From the NCBI RefSeq assembly GCF_052425735.1, contig NC_135766.1, positions 32,116,001-32,180,000 on the forward strand: a DNA stretch of 64,000 nt. Reading direction: 5' to 3'. Source of the DNA: Oculina patagonica (Eukaryota). Positions 62,401-64,000 of this stretch are shown here, piece after piece. The first letter of the stretch is position 1. Every line of letters starts with the position of its first letter. The position numbers were made by a program, and so were the translations under genes. A model generated the notes under the pieces. The model was not told the origin of the DNA. It did not search any database and saw only the letters and a list, made by a program, of their open reading frames with translations.

Positions 62401-63900
62401 TAAATAAAAGAGGAAAAAAAAACAGTCCCATCAGGTTTCGTTTTGGACCAGTCGAAAGGCCATACTGGACAGCGAAACCATCGCATAATGTACAAAAAAA
62501 TACGTCAAACTCTGTGATATTCTGTTATGTTTATGGAGAAAGGAAAAATGGATCTCATTGTATAGCTGACATGAGTAATGCTTTTGTCACCATGCAGGTA
62601 ACTTGCAGGGAGGATTTGTTATTTCAGCTTTGATTTCATTCGCTATGCTGCTACATTTTGTCAAATGCCACAGGTAATTCTGTAAATTCGTTAATCTGAA
62701 GTCCGGTAAACTTTAAGACTGCAAAGAACCGTAGTGATATCGTAAACGTGTTTTTCTAACACCCGTGTCCTGTAAGGTTACGGCTTGTAATTTAAATTTG
62801 TTCCACATTGCGAAGCTTGTTGCTATAGAAAATTGGGTCTCATTGTCGCTCAACAAGTGGCTGACTCCTTACCAAGATAAATCATTTCGTCAAGAGAATT
62901 TCTGTTGTATACTTTGTTATGCTATCGCGGTGTGTATCACAAAATCGAGATACCTTATTCTTACTAATTTTCGCGAGTGCTAATTTTCGCGATTTTCGCC
63001 ATTTCAAAATAATCGCGAAATTAAGTACGCGCGAAGAAAACATTGCGCGAAATTAAGACACGCGAAAATTAATACCATCAAAACAATAAAAATTTAAAAT
63101 GTTTGAAACTTCAACTATTTACCTTTAAAAATATATTTTCGTCTTGTTTTTGACTAGCGCCCGTCCTCTGATTACCGTTTCGAGCTTGAGAATTAGTTCA
63201 AAACTCTCTTTAGTACAGTCACTAAAGTTTCCGTTTGTAGGCTCCTTGTAGTTACATTGAGCCAGACCTTTGTGTTTTTCCAGTGGTTCCTTAGCCTTTG
63301 ACAACTGACCCATAAACCACTGACAAAATCGCGAAATTTAATACACTTTTCCTGTAATTTTTCTTGCAATCGCGAAAATTAATACTCGCGAAATCCGGCT
63401 CTCGAATATTCGCGAAATTAAGTACACGCGTAAATTAGTAAGAATAAGGTAATAGCACTTATTCATGTTTACGTCAGACTGGCTAGTTTCACCAGTCAGT
63501 TGCACCTGGCTAGTCATCGCTTTCGTAGGCAACTTGCAAATTGAACAATGAACGAGTTCCCAAAGCAGCAACGATGAAAAGAATACCCAGAGAAAAAAAT
63601 GCATGAAGGTGGCAATAATTCGCGTAAACGAGGCTTGGTGGTGAATTTTGAGCACATGACGCTACAATACAAAAGCCCCATTCTTTATTGTGACAAATTT
63701 TTTTATGACTTAAAACTTCGCTAGCAATGTATCTTAGCTTTGCATAAACTTCATTAAACCAGTGAGGAGATTTGGAATCTTGAAAAGTCATCCTTTATCC
63801 TTTTCTCTTTTTTCTCCGTTGCAGAGACCATTTCTTTCAACTTTGCCGCGGCCAGAGAGGCTTTGCTCGAGATGTCTCCAATTCTCCTTCAAATTTAGTG
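51386..63900 (+). CDS. STRA6L: STRA6-like protein, paralogue 2 (5' part; continues beyond the window)
   Basis: Exons 51386-51426 (ATG MANDSDNTSSAEN), 52334-52391, 53483-53568, 54092-54237, 55826-55946, 58864-58912, 59060-59209, 59860-59945, 60403-60467, 60887-60948, 61964-62057, 62598-62673, 63825-63900. Intron phases match paralogue 1 and several exon lengths are identical (58, 86, 121, 49, 62, 76, 76 nt). Peptides include LKRRT..DGRPGLLIPFNFL, AATFGATAS, DFKFSTQLIST and HFVKCHRDHFFQLCRGQR. Confidence 0.9.
54485..55310 (+). mobile_element. Decayed CR1/L2-group LINE 3' end, split by a MITE at 54617-55132
   Basis: Degenerate (H)ITPV..KLH(W)LPV, YKIFLLVYKAFNGKAPSYI before the MITE, and FKGHLKTHYF after it. 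Confidence 0.6.
59458..59492. repeat. (TTGA)n microsatellite
   Basis: Directly visible. Confidence 0.9.
60647..60848. repeat. Tandem duplication of about 102 bp just upstream of a STRA6L-2 acceptor
   Basis: AGAAGCGTTTTATCACA...GGGACAATG.CCCTCTCAACTCT.AATGTCAAATGCCTTTTGCAATT occurs twice with a few substitutions. Confidence 0.85.
62951..63451. mobile_element. MITE with CGCGAAATT subrepeats (ends resemble 19942-21028)
   Basis: Ends TACCTTATTCTTACTAATTT and AAATTAGTAAGAATAAGGTA. Confidence 0.85.
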
Positions 63901-64000
63901 GTATGTCTAACACCGTTGAAAATATCTTTATAATGTAAGGAGTACCCTGTACAAAACTTAAGATTCTCTATTTTTCCTCTTAGAAAGTTTGGAAATTAGT

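Overview
AT-rich, intron-rich metazoan DNA; the repeat landscape and gene style suggest a cnidarian such as a stony coral (inference). Most short ORFs in the supplied track are noise, so I rebuilt genes from splice sites and exon phase. Three spliced host genes are present: a STRA6-like gene on + (about 4.9-27.3 kb), a 21-exon adhesion GPCR with GAIN/GPS and 7TM on - (31.7-50.0 kb, apparent 1-nt frameshift in exon 4), and a second STRA6-like paralogue on + (51.4 kb to past the window end). The standout is a 3,482-bp IS630/Tc1/mariner DNA transposon (36280-39761, 101-bp TIRs, TA duplication) in the GPCR intron just after the GPS exon. It carries two genes. One is a spliced, apparently intact 353-aa DD38E transposase whose N-terminus aligns without gaps to the whole Pax paired domain (PAI+RED); the ORF track misses this part. 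The other is a SAM / coiled-coil / CCHC zinc-knuckle protein with one in-frame stop. A 225-bp MITE with the same ends lies at 2534-2758. Introns also hold many MITEs (TA, TTAA and 9-bp TSD classes), LINE/SINE remnants and microsatellites. Exon coordinates and alignments were done by hand.
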